A stretch of 24,277 nucleotides of DNA from a virus (IMGVR_UViG_3300049472_000038:1-24277), one strand, 5' to 3'; counted from the first letter of the stretch, positions 7,983 to 16,171 are shown. Notes: a model not told the origin generated them from the sequence alone. Numbers and translations: made by a program.

Positions 7983-8605
7983 CAGCCCATTCTACGTTTG
8001 ACCATTTCAGAAAGCCAATCAGCTTCCAATTTTTTGCGACTCATTAAGTCAATGTTGTTTCTCTCATAGCCGATAGTGTTTTCTTTTAGCTTTTGAGCTG
8101 GATTGCCTGCGTAGATATAACCCATTTCGACGATAGTTTTTTTGGTGACGATACATCCCATGCCAAGCATTGAGACAGGTGCGATGATGACGTTTTGATG
8201 GATGATAGCGCCGAGTCCGATGTTGGCGTAGTCCATAACGAGAGTGTGGCCACCGATGATTGAGTTACAGGCCATTGTGACGTTAGATCTGACGTCTGAG
8301 TCGTGGCCAAAATGGCATCCACGCATGAAAAAGCCGTTGTCATGGATTCGGGTCATCGAGTTGGTTCCAGAATTGATAGTTATGAATTCTCGAAATTGAT
8401 TATTTGAACCGATGACAACGCCGTTAGAGAGTTGAGTGGATCTTTTGTCTTCAGCAGGCGAGCCGATAGTAACGTGAGACATGAAAATGTTTCCAGAGCC
8501 AATTTCAACATTTGGATAGATGATGCAGTAAGGACCGATGACGTTATTGTCTCCTAGTATTACATCTTGGTGAACAATAGCTGTTGGATGCACTTTATTT
8601 GCCAT
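7982..8605 (-). CDS. LpxA-like hexapeptide-repeat (left-handed beta-helix) acyltransferase
   Basis: VHPTAIV, IGPYCII, FREFITINSGT, HFGHD, IGGH, IIHQ and AGNPA motifs collinear with LpxA. Confidence 0.85.
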   Translation of the reverse strand: MANKVHPTAIVHQDVILGDNNVIGPYCIIYPNVEIGSGNIFMSHVTIGSPAEDKRSTQLSNGVVIGSNNQFREFITINSGTNSMTRIHDNGFFMRGCHFGHDSDVRSNVTMACNSIIGGHTLVMDYANIGLGAIIHQNVIIAPVSMLGMGCIVTKKTIVEMGYIYAGNPAQKLKENTIGYERNNIDLMSRKKLEADWLSEMVKRRMG

Positions 8606-8644
8606 GAATTGTTGTTATTCTATAAAAAAAGGAGAAGCAACAAT

Positions 8645-8854
8645 ATGTCAGATTTGTTTGAGTCAGAGAAGAAGTGGAAAAATGTGGAATCGTCTAGAAG
8701 TAAGTCTAAGGCTATCTATGATGAAGAAAAAGCAGAGAAGCTTCAAGGAGGCGTAAAGAAAGCTGGCGCAAAATCTCCAGGAGAAGCAATGTCAGAGAGT
8801 TGGGAGAATTTGAAATCAGGAGTTAGCAATTTGCTCGGTGGCAAGAAGAAATAA
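8645..8854 (+). CDS. small basic hypothetical protein
   Basis: AAGGAG RBS before ATG 8645 (MSDLFESEKKW...). Confidence 0.65.
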   Translation: MSDLFESEKKWKNVESSRSKSKAIYDEEKAEKLQGGVKKAGAKSPGEAMSESWENLKSGVSNLLGGKKK

Positions 8855-8859
8855 TTTAG

Positions 8860-8890
8860 ACAGTAGCAGCAGTAAGTTGCTTGCTACTGT
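8860..8890. terminator. hairpin downstream of 8645-8854 (possible terminator)
   Basis: ACAGTAGCA/TGCTACTGT inverted repeat; weak U-tract. Confidence 0.4.
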
Positions 8891-9085
8891 TACAGTCACG
8901 TAGGCTTCACATATTCTAGCTAGCATGATCGTCATTAGATAATCATGCTAGTTTGACGCCTAGCATTCAAGTTAATGTTTGGTTAAAGAAAAAAAACAAA
9001 ACCCCAAACCGACGAAAGATTTCTCTTTACATTGGAATGGGGCTTTGCTTATAGCTCTCAACGTCTACCAGGACAGAGGAGTTAT

Positions 9086-9373
9086 ATGGCAGTATTAAAA
9101 TACAACAATCAACAAATGTCTATTTTCGATTTCGACGATTCGGTAAATTCGCGTCATGAATTTGTTCGGCGAGTCAGAAAGACGTTTGGCCTTAGCGATA
9201 TTCCAGAGACTAAGAATATGCTGAAAGCATGCGCTGAAAATTTAGCTTTGTTCAATATGAAGAACAGAGAATTCTTAGCTCAGATGACGATTATGAAATT
9301 TGACAATCGTCAGATGTCAGAAAAGCAGTCTCAATATTTGTTCAATCTCTACAATGAGATCAAGCTATCATGA
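9086..9373 (+). CDS. hypothetical protein
   Basis: GAGGAG RBS before ATG 9086 (MAVLKYNNQQMSIFDF); ORF track uses upstream TTG 9032. Confidence 0.65.
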   Translation: MAVLKYNNQQMSIFDFDDSVNSRHEFVRRVRKTFGLSDIPETKNMLKACAENLALFNMKNREFLAQMTIMKFDNRQMSEKQSQYLFNLYNEIKLS

Positions 9374-9418
9374 CATCATAATATTATGATTACTCGCTAG
9401 CCATGATTCCCTGATAGC

Positions 9419-9640
9419 ATGATTGGTGAGATTTCGGAGCAATACCCCCCTACCCCCCATGAGGAGGAAGAGGATAGAGCTCGATCTCATCAATCATCTG
9501 TCAAGACAGCATGACCGGAGCCGACCCCATCGGATTAGTTTTGGCATCTCTCACGCGTATGCCCAGTTTCTAATCATCTGACCCGTGCGTAGGGTTTAAT
9601 CTACCAAATTATTTTGGAGGCACAACCATGCCCAAAATAA
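9419..9640. ncRNA. candidate structured non-coding RNA or cis-element
   Basis: Four hairpins in an ORF-free gap, including a 14-bp stem 9419-9432/9484-9497. Confidence 0.4.
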
Positions 9641-9654
9641 AATTTTCTTCATTT

Positions 9655-10047
9655 TCACTGACTCGCCAAGTCAAGCTTAACTTCAGTCAAAACCTCTAGC
9701 TTTTCCTCTGATTGTGCAAATCCTCTGATCTTAGCCTCTTTATCAAGCCATCTAGCAAACTGAGCCGACCCGAAAGTAGGACTTCCAAACCCCAAGTACA
9801 CAAATGGGCTGACGTCTTGCCCATTAATGAACCTACAAAGCCTCTCAAACCATCTAGGATCAATATCAGCCCATCCAGTGCCTAGAATGATGCCATCACG
9901 CCAACAAACCCAGCCACGGCCTGTATAAGCGAAATGAGCTAAGCCATCATGTGGGTACGTTTTGACGTCAAACCCATTGAGTAATGGGGTTAGGCGGTCA
10001 CGTTTCATGTTGTGTCGGGTTTGTCTTGTCATTGCGTTAAAGCTCAT
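9655..10047 (-). CDS. hypothetical protein
   Basis: ORF track, 130 aa; weak RBS. Confidence 0.55.
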   Translation of the reverse strand: MSFNAMTRQTRHNMKRDRLTPLLNGFDVKTYPHDGLAHFAYTGRGWVCWRDGIILGTGWADIDPRWFERLCRFINGQDVSPFVYLGFGSPTFGSAQFARWLDKEAKIRGFAQSEEKLEVLTEVKLDLASQ

Positions 10048-10067
10048 AGGTCAAATCTTGTCACAAC

Positions 10068-10095
10068 TTGCAGAATTTACAATCAATGTTAGATT
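10068..10095 (+). promoter_or_regulatory. candidate promoter for the packaging/structural operon
   Basis: TTGCAG-16 nt-TAGATT with TG extension, at the strand switch. Confidence 0.35.
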
Positions 10096-10119
10096 TAAAG
10101 ACAGCTAGGAGGGCTAAAA

Positions 10120-10260
10120 ATGGTCGCTACAAGATCAAATTTCTCGAAAACGTTGCTTAAAAAGGCAAAAGTTAAGAAAACTAAGTCCTCCATGAAGGAT
10201 GAATATGTCGAAATTACTCAAAGAACAAAAAAAGCCAAGAAAAAGCAAAAAAAGGCGTAA
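10120..10260 (+). CDS. 46-aa Lys-rich peptide
   Basis: Hand-translated MVATRSNFSKTLLKKAKVKKTKSSMKDEYVEITQRTKKAKKKQKKA; AGGAGG RBS. Confidence 0.6.
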   Translation: MVATRSNFSKTLLKKAKVKKTKSSMKDEYVEITQRTKKAKKKQKKA

Positions 10261-10444
10261 ATCAGTCTTCGCTACAGTCGAAAGACTCTTAAAAGAGCGT
10301 GACGCTAAAGGTCGAGAGACGTATGGTGGCACTCTCTTTCCACATAATGGCAGATCAGCCATCCAAGACGCCCTAGAGGAAGCTCTAGACCTAGCCGTTT
10401 ATTTGACGCAGTTGGCTATAGAGCAAAAGATCATCAAGCCATGA
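10199..10444 (+). CDS. small all-alpha NTP-pyrophosphohydrolase (MazG-like) family protein
   Basis: GRETYGGTL...DALEEALDLAVYL (EExxD) motif. Confidence 0.6.
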   Translation: MNMSKLLKEQKKPRKSKKRRKSVFATVERLLKERDAKGRETYGGTLFPHNGRSAIQDALEEALDLAVYLTQLAIEQKIIKP

Positions 10445-10983
10445 GTGATGAAGCTAAGAAATCTCAATTAGAGAAGTGGGCTGAGATTGCCAAAGATCCT
10501 GACGAGAATGTTAAGCGCATTCGCGACAGGCAGATGAATCAAGATCAGCGCATTATCCCAAAGCGCCGTAGCTCTATTGGCTCATTTCGCGCTGACGCCA
10601 AAGAAGACGAATTAATCAACGCGCTAGATGACCTAGCTGCCATCAAACGTCTTGCGCCTACTATTCTCAAGCTTACAAAAAAGAAAATCACTCTTGAGCA
10701 AGCCATCAGAGAAACAAGCTCAGATGCTTTCATGATGCTTATGAAGCTTGGCTTTTCTGAAGGCTCAGACAAAGTGAAAGCTGACGTACTTAAGCATTTA
10801 CTAGCTCTTGCTGGGCACTCGCCAGCGCAAAAGCATCAGATTGAGCGAGTCGATAGCAACACCCCTAAAGAAGCTCTGCTTGCTATGATTACAGGAGCCT
10901 CTAGTGACTTGGAAAAGGAAGGCATCGAGATTGAAGATGACCGAGATGAAGAGCCTGTAAAAGACGAAGGCTATGAAACTTAG
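10441..10983 (+). CDS. probable terminase small subunit
   Basis: Directly upstream of and overlapping terL; helical with acidic tail; call is by position. Confidence 0.55.
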   Translation: MSDEAKKSQLEKWAEIAKDPDENVKRIRDRQMNQDQRIIPKRRSSIGSFRADAKEDELINALDDLAAIKRLAPTILKLTKKKITLEQAIRETSSDAFMMLMKLGFSEGSDKVKADVLKHLLALAGHSPAQKHQIERVDSNTPKEALLAMITGASSDLEKEGIEIEDDRDEEPVKDEGYET

Positions 10984-13426
10984 TGTAAAAGAACTTCAGG
11001 GCAAATCTCAAGAGGAACTCTTGCAGATTGCTCAGCATGTGATGGATTTGAAGAAATCCAGACAGGCAAAAAAGTTGGACGATTATGCAAAGACAATGCA
11101 TAAAGGCCAAGAAGAGTTTCACAAGTTAGGTAAACGAATTTGCTTTATCTTTGCTGGAAACAGATGTTTGCGTGGAGACACAAAGGTTTGGACTTCTGAA
11201 GGCTTGCAAGAAATTTCGAAAATAAAAGAGCCTACGAATTATCTTTCTTTAAATCACGACTCAGGCGAGATTCAATTCTCTCCAGGATCTCGTCCGTTCC
11301 CAAAAGGAAAGGAGAATCTTTACCGAGTAGTTCACGAGCATGGAGAATTCTATGCTTCAGGAGCTCATAGGATTTTTTCTTTTGAGAATGGCTATCAATC
11401 CGTTCTTTCGTTAAAGGTTGGCGACGAAATCCCATATTTTGGAAACCAGCTTCAGACCATTTCGGAATCTTACCTGTCAAAGTTTCTTTTAGATGCTCAG
11501 CGTTTGACGAGAAAAGTCTCAGATTGTCTGGATGATTGTGAAAAGTACATCCATCGATATGGTCTACAACTTCTTCAGGCAGTAAATATCTTCCCAACTT
11601 TTGCTCCATCACAAGTCGATGCTCAAGAATCATCCCAAGATTTCTGCCTTTCGCAACTCTCGCGTAAGGATGGTCTTTTGGAGCAGGAACAAGAGCGTAG
11701 CCGTCTCGATCAATCCGTCTCCCACCTTTCCAGTTCAAACTCTTCTCTCTTGGAGGGCCGCCAACTTTTGGACGTGGGCAATCAAACTCTAAAAGCACTG
11801 CCTGTACAAATTTTGGCTTGCATCCGAGTTCCTTTGCGATATCTGTCGAGAATTTGTCAGCCGATGCTAAATCACAAATTTTTCGTATCAATTTCCAATC
11901 TCTTCTTCGTCCCATATTTAGCCATTAAACAAACATCTAAAATTATATCAATTGAAAAACAGGCAAGTGACGAGACTTATTGGGATATCCAAATAGCTGA
12001 CACTAATAATTATTTCGACGAGTCGGGAGTTTGTCATCATAATTCTGGGAAAACAACAGCAGGCGCAGTTGAAATGATTTGGACTTGTATGGGGCTACAT
12101 CCATTCAAGAAAAACAAAGTTCCATTAAAGACTGCAATCGTCGGCCCTGATTTTAGCAATTGGGCTCAACAAATTTTAGAACCAAAAATAAAAGAATGGT
12201 CGCCATCAAACTCAATCAGAAAAATTGATCGACATCAAGGCGGCGCGATGAAGCGCGTTTACTGGACGAGTGGATCTACCACTGACGTTTTCTCACATGA
12301 CCAAGATCCAATCGCATTTGAAGGATCAGATTATGATGTCGTCTGGTTTGATGAGCCGCCTCCTCATTTTATCTGGAAAGCTTTCTGGCGCTCGACTGTA
12401 GATCGTGGTGGGCGCATGTATATGTCAGGCACTCCTCTGATGTCTCCATGGCTGTATGAAGTTTATCAACAAATGAAAAATCACGATGACCCGATACGTG
12501 ATTATGTGAAATTTGAAAGAAACGTAAACGCTAAAAATCTTGGCGGCGGTGATGTTGCGCTAGGTCTTAAGCGCATAGAAGAATTTGCTGCTGAGTTAAC
12601 GGAAGAAGAAAAGGCATCTCGTCTTGATGGAGATTTTGCGCAAGTATCAGGTCTTATCTTTAAAGATTGGGATCGAACAAAGCACGTTATCACGCCTTTT
12701 GACATTCCTGTTCAATGGCCGATTTATGAATCAATAGATCCACACCCACAAAAGGATTGGGCTGTCTCATGGATTGCTCATGCACCTAATGGCGCTAAGA
12801 TTCTCGTTAAATCAATCTACGCAAACGGCGTATTAGATGAGATTGCCAATCAAATCATTTATGCAAGAGGTGAACTCCCGATAAAAGACAACTTGAGACT
12901 AAAGATCACTCGAACGTTTATCGACAATGCGTCATCTGTACCTCTTTGGCAGAAATCTAATACTGATCCAACAGCTAGACGTGTATCGGTTAGAGAAGAG
13001 CTTGAGAATATGATTGGTCCTCGTGGCGCTGGCGGTCCACGTGTTGAAGTGTGTCCAAAAAACGTAGCGCAGAAGATTGATATTCTAAAACAATGGCTTC
13101 ATATCAAGAAACGCAATGAAATCATGCGTCCTGACTTCTTTGTTTTCGCAAATTCAAATGATGACTTCATTCATGAGATAGAAAACTGGGCATGGGATCG
13201 TCATAAGTCTCGTGGCGGCGGTGAGTTAAAAGATAAGCCAGTTAAAAAGAATGACGATTTATTAGATAGTGTGATGCAAGTGGCTCTTGTACTTGGATCA
13301 AAACCAAACGATACTAATTCGGAAATTGTAAGTCTAATTGACGGCTTAGGCACTTACGGAGGATCTAACTTTGGCACAAGACGAAATCTCGAAAAGAGAC
13401 AAGACGCTCGCGATTGGCAAAATTGA
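10973..13426 (+). CDS. terL: terminase large subunit precursor containing an intein (524 aa after splicing)
   Basis: Walker A AGNR|SGKT split by the intein; Walker B VVWFDEPP; MSGTP coupling motif; nuclease SIDPHP and NDDLLD. Confidence 0.95.
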   Translation: MKLSVKELQGKSQEELLQIAQHVMDLKKSRQAKKLDDYAKTMHKGQEEFHKLGKRICFIFAGNRCLRGDTKVWTSEGLQEISKIKEPTNYLSLNHDSGEIQFSPGSRPFPKGKENLYRVVHEHGEFYASGAHRIFSFENGYQSVLSLKVGDEIPYFGNQLQTISESYLSKFLLDAQRLTRKVSDCLDDCEKYIHRYGLQLLQAVNIFPTFAPSQVDAQESSQDFCLSQLSRKDGLLEQEQERSRLDQSVSHLSSSNSSLLEGRQLLDVGNQTLKALPVQILACIRVPLRYLSRICQPMLNHKFFVSISNLFFVPYLAIKQTSKIISIEKQASDETYWDIQIADTNNYFDESGVCHHNSGKTTAGAVEMIWTCMGLHPFKKNKVPLKTAIVGPDFSNWAQQILEPKIKEWSPSNSIRKIDRHQGGAMKRVYWTSGSTTDVFSHDQDPIAFEGSDYDVVWFDEPPPHFIWKAFWRSTVDRGGRMYMSGTPLMSPWLYEVYQQMKNHDDPIRDYVKFERNVNAKNLGGGDVALGLKRIEEFAAELTEEEKASRLDGDFAQVSGLIFKDWDRTKHVITPFDIPVQWPIYESIDPHPQKDWAVSWIAHAPNGAKILVKSIYANGVLDEIANQIIYARGELPIKDNLRLKITRTFIDNASSVPLWQKSNTDPTARRVSVREELENMIGPRGAGGPRVEVCPKNVAQKIDILKQWLHIKKRNEIMRPDFFVFANSNDDFIHEIENWAWDRHKSRGGGELKDKPVKKNDDLLDSVMQVALVLGSKPNDTNSEIVSLIDGLGTYGGSNFGTRRNLEKRQDARDWQN
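11232..11915 (-). CDS. HNH homing endonuclease encoded antisense inside the terL intein
   Basis: HTH-like STDIAKELGC, NWKGG, DGY, EHRLVMEQKLGRYL..EEVVDHIDG....NHPDNL......EH; full HNH motif. Confidence 0.9.
   Translation of the reverse strand: MGRRRDWKLIRKICDLASADKFSTDIAKELGCKPKFVQAVLLEFDCPRPKVGGPPREKSLNWKGGRRIDRDGYALVPAPKDHPYARVAKGRNLGMILEHRLVMEQKLGRYLLPEEVVDHIDGCTFHNHPDNLRLFSSNAEHLKETLTGKIPKWSEAGFQNMGFRRQPLTKERIDSHSQKKKSYELLKHRILHARELLGKDSPFLLGTDEILERIESRLSRDLKKDNS
11942..11950 (-). promoter_or_regulatory. candidate extended -10 promoter for the antisense HNH gene
   Basis: Minus strand TGATATAAT (TGn + perfect TATAAT), 26 nt upstream of ATG 11915; no good -35 at 17 nt. Confidence 0.5.
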
Positions 13427-15584
13427 TGAAGCATACATTGCAAAACTTGCCATTAACGGATGGGCGTCTGCAAATAATCAACGCGCTAATTATTTAGATC
13501 GTCATGAACAGTTTGAAGCTTCTTGGAGAGATTTAACATCAGCTCCTAATTCTGGCCCATGGGAGAATTCAGCTAACTTTAAATCAAAGCTGATTTTAAA
13601 ATACGGCAAAGCAACACATGCTCGTCTCTGGCAATTATTCTCTAGCCCATCTGGATTCTACAGAGCTGAAGCTCGCCAAGAGCCATTTCGAGATCGTGAA
13701 GAAAAAGTAAAACAGTTTATGGACTTTGTTTTAGAGAGTTATTGCAATTCTAAAACAGGCGCTAAAGATGAATGGGATAAATGGCTGTGGGATGTTGTCT
13801 TTAAAGGATCAGGCTATCTAAAATGTTATTGGAAGCATGAAGAGCACGAGTATTTAGAAGTTGTGCCTACAATGGAAGTTGTAGAAAAGATCGTATTTGA
13901 TTCTGAGACGCTCACTGGTAATCCTGTCACAGAAACTAAGTTAATTGAAAAAGAAGAAGTCAAAACTGACATCTTAGAGACTCCTCAAATCAAACGCATC
14001 GTGTGGGAAGATGTCGCTATGCCAATTGGTGAGACAGATCCACAAAAAGCGGCATGGGTATCTAATCGCGTTTACATGTCAGATGAGGATCTGAAGTCTT
14101 ACGTGAAGATGGGTAAATTTAATCGTCAAGCTGTCGAAGAAGCTATTCAAGTAAAAGAAAATCGTTTCAGCCAGCATGATGAAGCGTCAAGTCTTAAGAC
14201 AAATCGTCTCGAGATGGATGGAAATGACTTATTCTCAGACTCTTTTGAGAATGGCTTTCACGTGGTTCATGAATGGTATGGTAAAGCTTTCATCAAACCT
14301 GAAGTTGATGAGCTAAATGACTCAATTGATCTTGATGAAGTGCAAAAGGAAATTGTTGCATGGGTACATCAAGGAACTCAAGCTGTATTAGGCTGGACTT
14401 ATCTTCATCGCATATCTCCAGGCGGAATTCGTCCGATCTTTAAAGGCGATTTCGTATCATTCCCAGATCGTACTAATGGCGTGGGTGTTCCTGAGTTAGT
14501 TTATGAAGAGCAACGCTATCAAGAGTCTGTGACTAACATGCGTATGGATAATGGCACTCTCGCATCTCTTCCTATGTTTGTTTATCGTCAGACTTCAGGT
14601 CTTAAGCCTCAGCATTTGCGCGTTAAGCCAGGTCAAGGCATACCTGTTGATGATGTTAACGACATGCGCGTATTCCAATTCCCATTCTTGCAAGGATTTG
14701 GCTATCAAGAAGAGCAATCTATCGAAGGAAAAGCTGAAGGCTTGCTTGCCATCTCAGACATTCAATTAGGTCGCGCTCCAGATAAAGTCGGCGCCCTGAG
14801 AAACGCTACAGGATCTAATCTTCTTGCTCAAGAAGCTGGCATTCAGCTTGAGATCCATTTTGATCGTATCGCTCGCTGTGTAAATCGCGTTCTACAATTC
14901 TTGTTTAGACTATGTCGTGAGCGTATGCCTCATGAGATCTACTATCGAGTAACTGGAGAGCGTGGTGAGCCAATATTTGGTAAAGTTAATCGCGACGATC
15001 TTAAAGGCGAGTTTGATTTCAAGATTTCAGTTGATATTTTGGGGCAATCTCAACTTGAGAAACAGCAACAAGCAGTATTGCTTATGCAGACTCTTATTAA
15101 CCCTGCTTACATGCAAACAGGCATTGTGGCTCCTGAGAATATCTACAATCTAGCTAAGAACTTCCTTAAAGTTCACAAACTAGGTCGAGTAGATGACTAC
15201 TTAACTAAACCTCAAGGATATGTTGAGCGCGTAACTCCTACTGAGCGTTTATATAGACTAGCATTTGGTTTATACACCAATCCTCCTATCGCTCAGACTG
15301 TTGCTCTCGATGAAGATCATCAAAAAGCTCTTGAGACTTATGAGCAATTCCAAAACTCAGACTTGTTTGGATTGTTAACTCAAGACGCTCTCATGGCTCT
15401 TGAGCAATTAAAGCAAAAACATATGCAGATGTTGCAAGCTCAGCAAGCTGGCGGCAATCCTGCACTGACTGGCATGCAAATTCCTCGCGATGGATATCAA
15501 GGATTGAGTCCTGGGGCTCAAGGACAATCTCAAATGGCAGCTTTACAAGGAGCTGGAGGAGCACCTAATGGCCCTGTGGTTTAA
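13371..15584 (+). CDS. portal protein (podovirus/P22-like size)
   Basis: 737 aa directly after terL; GSGYLKCYW, GVGVPELV, NATG motifs; Q/G-rich tail; TTG start with GGAGGA RBS. Confidence 0.88.
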   Translation: MAQDEISKRDKTLAIGKIDEAYIAKLAINGWASANNQRANYLDRHEQFEASWRDLTSAPNSGPWENSANFKSKLILKYGKATHARLWQLFSSPSGFYRAEARQEPFRDREEKVKQFMDFVLESYCNSKTGAKDEWDKWLWDVVFKGSGYLKCYWKHEEHEYLEVVPTMEVVEKIVFDSETLTGNPVTETKLIEKEEVKTDILETPQIKRIVWEDVAMPIGETDPQKAAWVSNRVYMSDEDLKSYVKMGKFNRQAVEEAIQVKENRFSQHDEASSLKTNRLEMDGNDLFSDSFENGFHVVHEWYGKAFIKPEVDELNDSIDLDEVQKEIVAWVHQGTQAVLGWTYLHRISPGGIRPIFKGDFVSFPDRTNGVGVPELVYEEQRYQESVTNMRMDNGTLASLPMFVYRQTSGLKPQHLRVKPGQGIPVDDVNDMRVFQFPFLQGFGYQEEQSIEGKAEGLLAISDIQLGRAPDKVGALRNATGSNLLAQEAGIQLEIHFDRIARCVNRVLQFLFRLCRERMPHEIYYRVTGERGEPIFGKVNRDDLKGEFDFKISVDILGQSQLEKQQQAVLLMQTLINPAYMQTGIVAPENIYNLAKNFLKVHKLGRVDDYLTKPQGYVERVTPTERLYRLAFGLYTNPPIAQTVALDEDHQKALETYEQFQNSDLFGLLTQDALMALEQLKQKHMQMLQAQQAGGNPALTGMQIPRDGYQGLSPGAQGQSQMAALQGAGGAPNGPVV

Positions 15585-15960
15585 AAACTTATTTAAACGT
15601 AAACGCAAACAAACGCATGTCCACGCTATCTTGGAATTCAACCAAGATGAGCTTGGCACTCGCATGCAAAAGCTCTCTGTTGAGTTGTTTAAGAATCGCC
15701 ATGACGACTCAATCAAGATTGTTAAAGCAATCTTAGAGACGTCTCGCAATATTCAGATTCTTGAAATCAATCGTTTCAAGTCAGGTGACAAGTTGGCTCA
15801 GTTTGAACATCAGCTTGGAAGATTGGAAGTGCTTAACGATTTAGTTAACTTCATCTCTTCAAGTTTAGATCCAGATGTGTACAATGAGAGAAAAGAACCT
15901 GTTAAGCAAAATGTAAAAGTTTTGAAGACAAGTTTTGAACGTAGTCAACCTGTAATCTGA
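15568..15960 (+). CDS. hypothetical head-module protein
   Basis: ORF track; between portal and scaffold; GGAGGAG RBS. Confidence 0.7.
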   Translation: MALWFKNLFKRKRKQTHVHAILEFNQDELGTRMQKLSVELFKNRHDDSIKIVKAILETSRNIQILEINRFKSGDKLAQFEHQLGRLEVLNDLVNFISSSLDPDVYNERKEPVKQNVKVLKTSFERSQPVI

Positions 15961-15976
15961 GAAAGGAGATCAAAAA

Positions 15977-16129
15977 ATGGCATCACCAATTAAAGGCGGT
16001 AAAGCTCGTCTTGAACAAATTGCACAGCAAAAAGCTGGCAAAATTCCTGCAAAGGATCAAGTCGATACTGTCAAAGCAGCAGCTAAAAAAGCGCCTGCTA
16101 AAAAACCTGTATCTAAGAAAAAGAAATAG
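15977..16129 (+). CDS. 50-aa Lys/Ala/Pro-rich basic peptide
   Basis: Hand-translated MASPIKGGKARLEQIAQQKAGKIPAKDQVDTVKAAAKKAPAKKPVSKKKK; AAAGGAG RBS. Confidence 0.75.
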   Translation: MASPIKGGKARLEQIAQQKAGKIPAKDQVDTVKAAAKKAPAKKPVSKKKK

Positions 16130-16171
16130 TTTGATCTTTAACTGAGATCATTTAACCTATGGAGGATTGTC

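Larger units (their letters stand above)
11165..12043 (+). mobile_element. intein (293 aa, residues 65-357 of TerL)
   Basis: Block A CLRGDTKVWTSEG; block B FYASGAHRIF; LKVGDEI; block F YWDIQIADTNNYF; block G VCHHN followed by Ser+1. Confidence 0.95.

Noticed and set aside
3085-8343. Alternate-frame ORFs 3085, 4163, 4309, 5058, 6017, 7586, 8086
   Set aside because: They overlap better-supported genes and show no protein-like motifs
11432-11915. Degenerate in-frame LAGLIDADG domain in the intein
   Set aside because: No block C/E-like motifs visible; the sequence is explained by the antisense HNH gene
10973-13426. terL interruption as a group I intron or frameshifted pseudogene
   Set aside because: The frame is continuous and bounded by canonical intein residues (Cys ... 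His-Asn|Ser)
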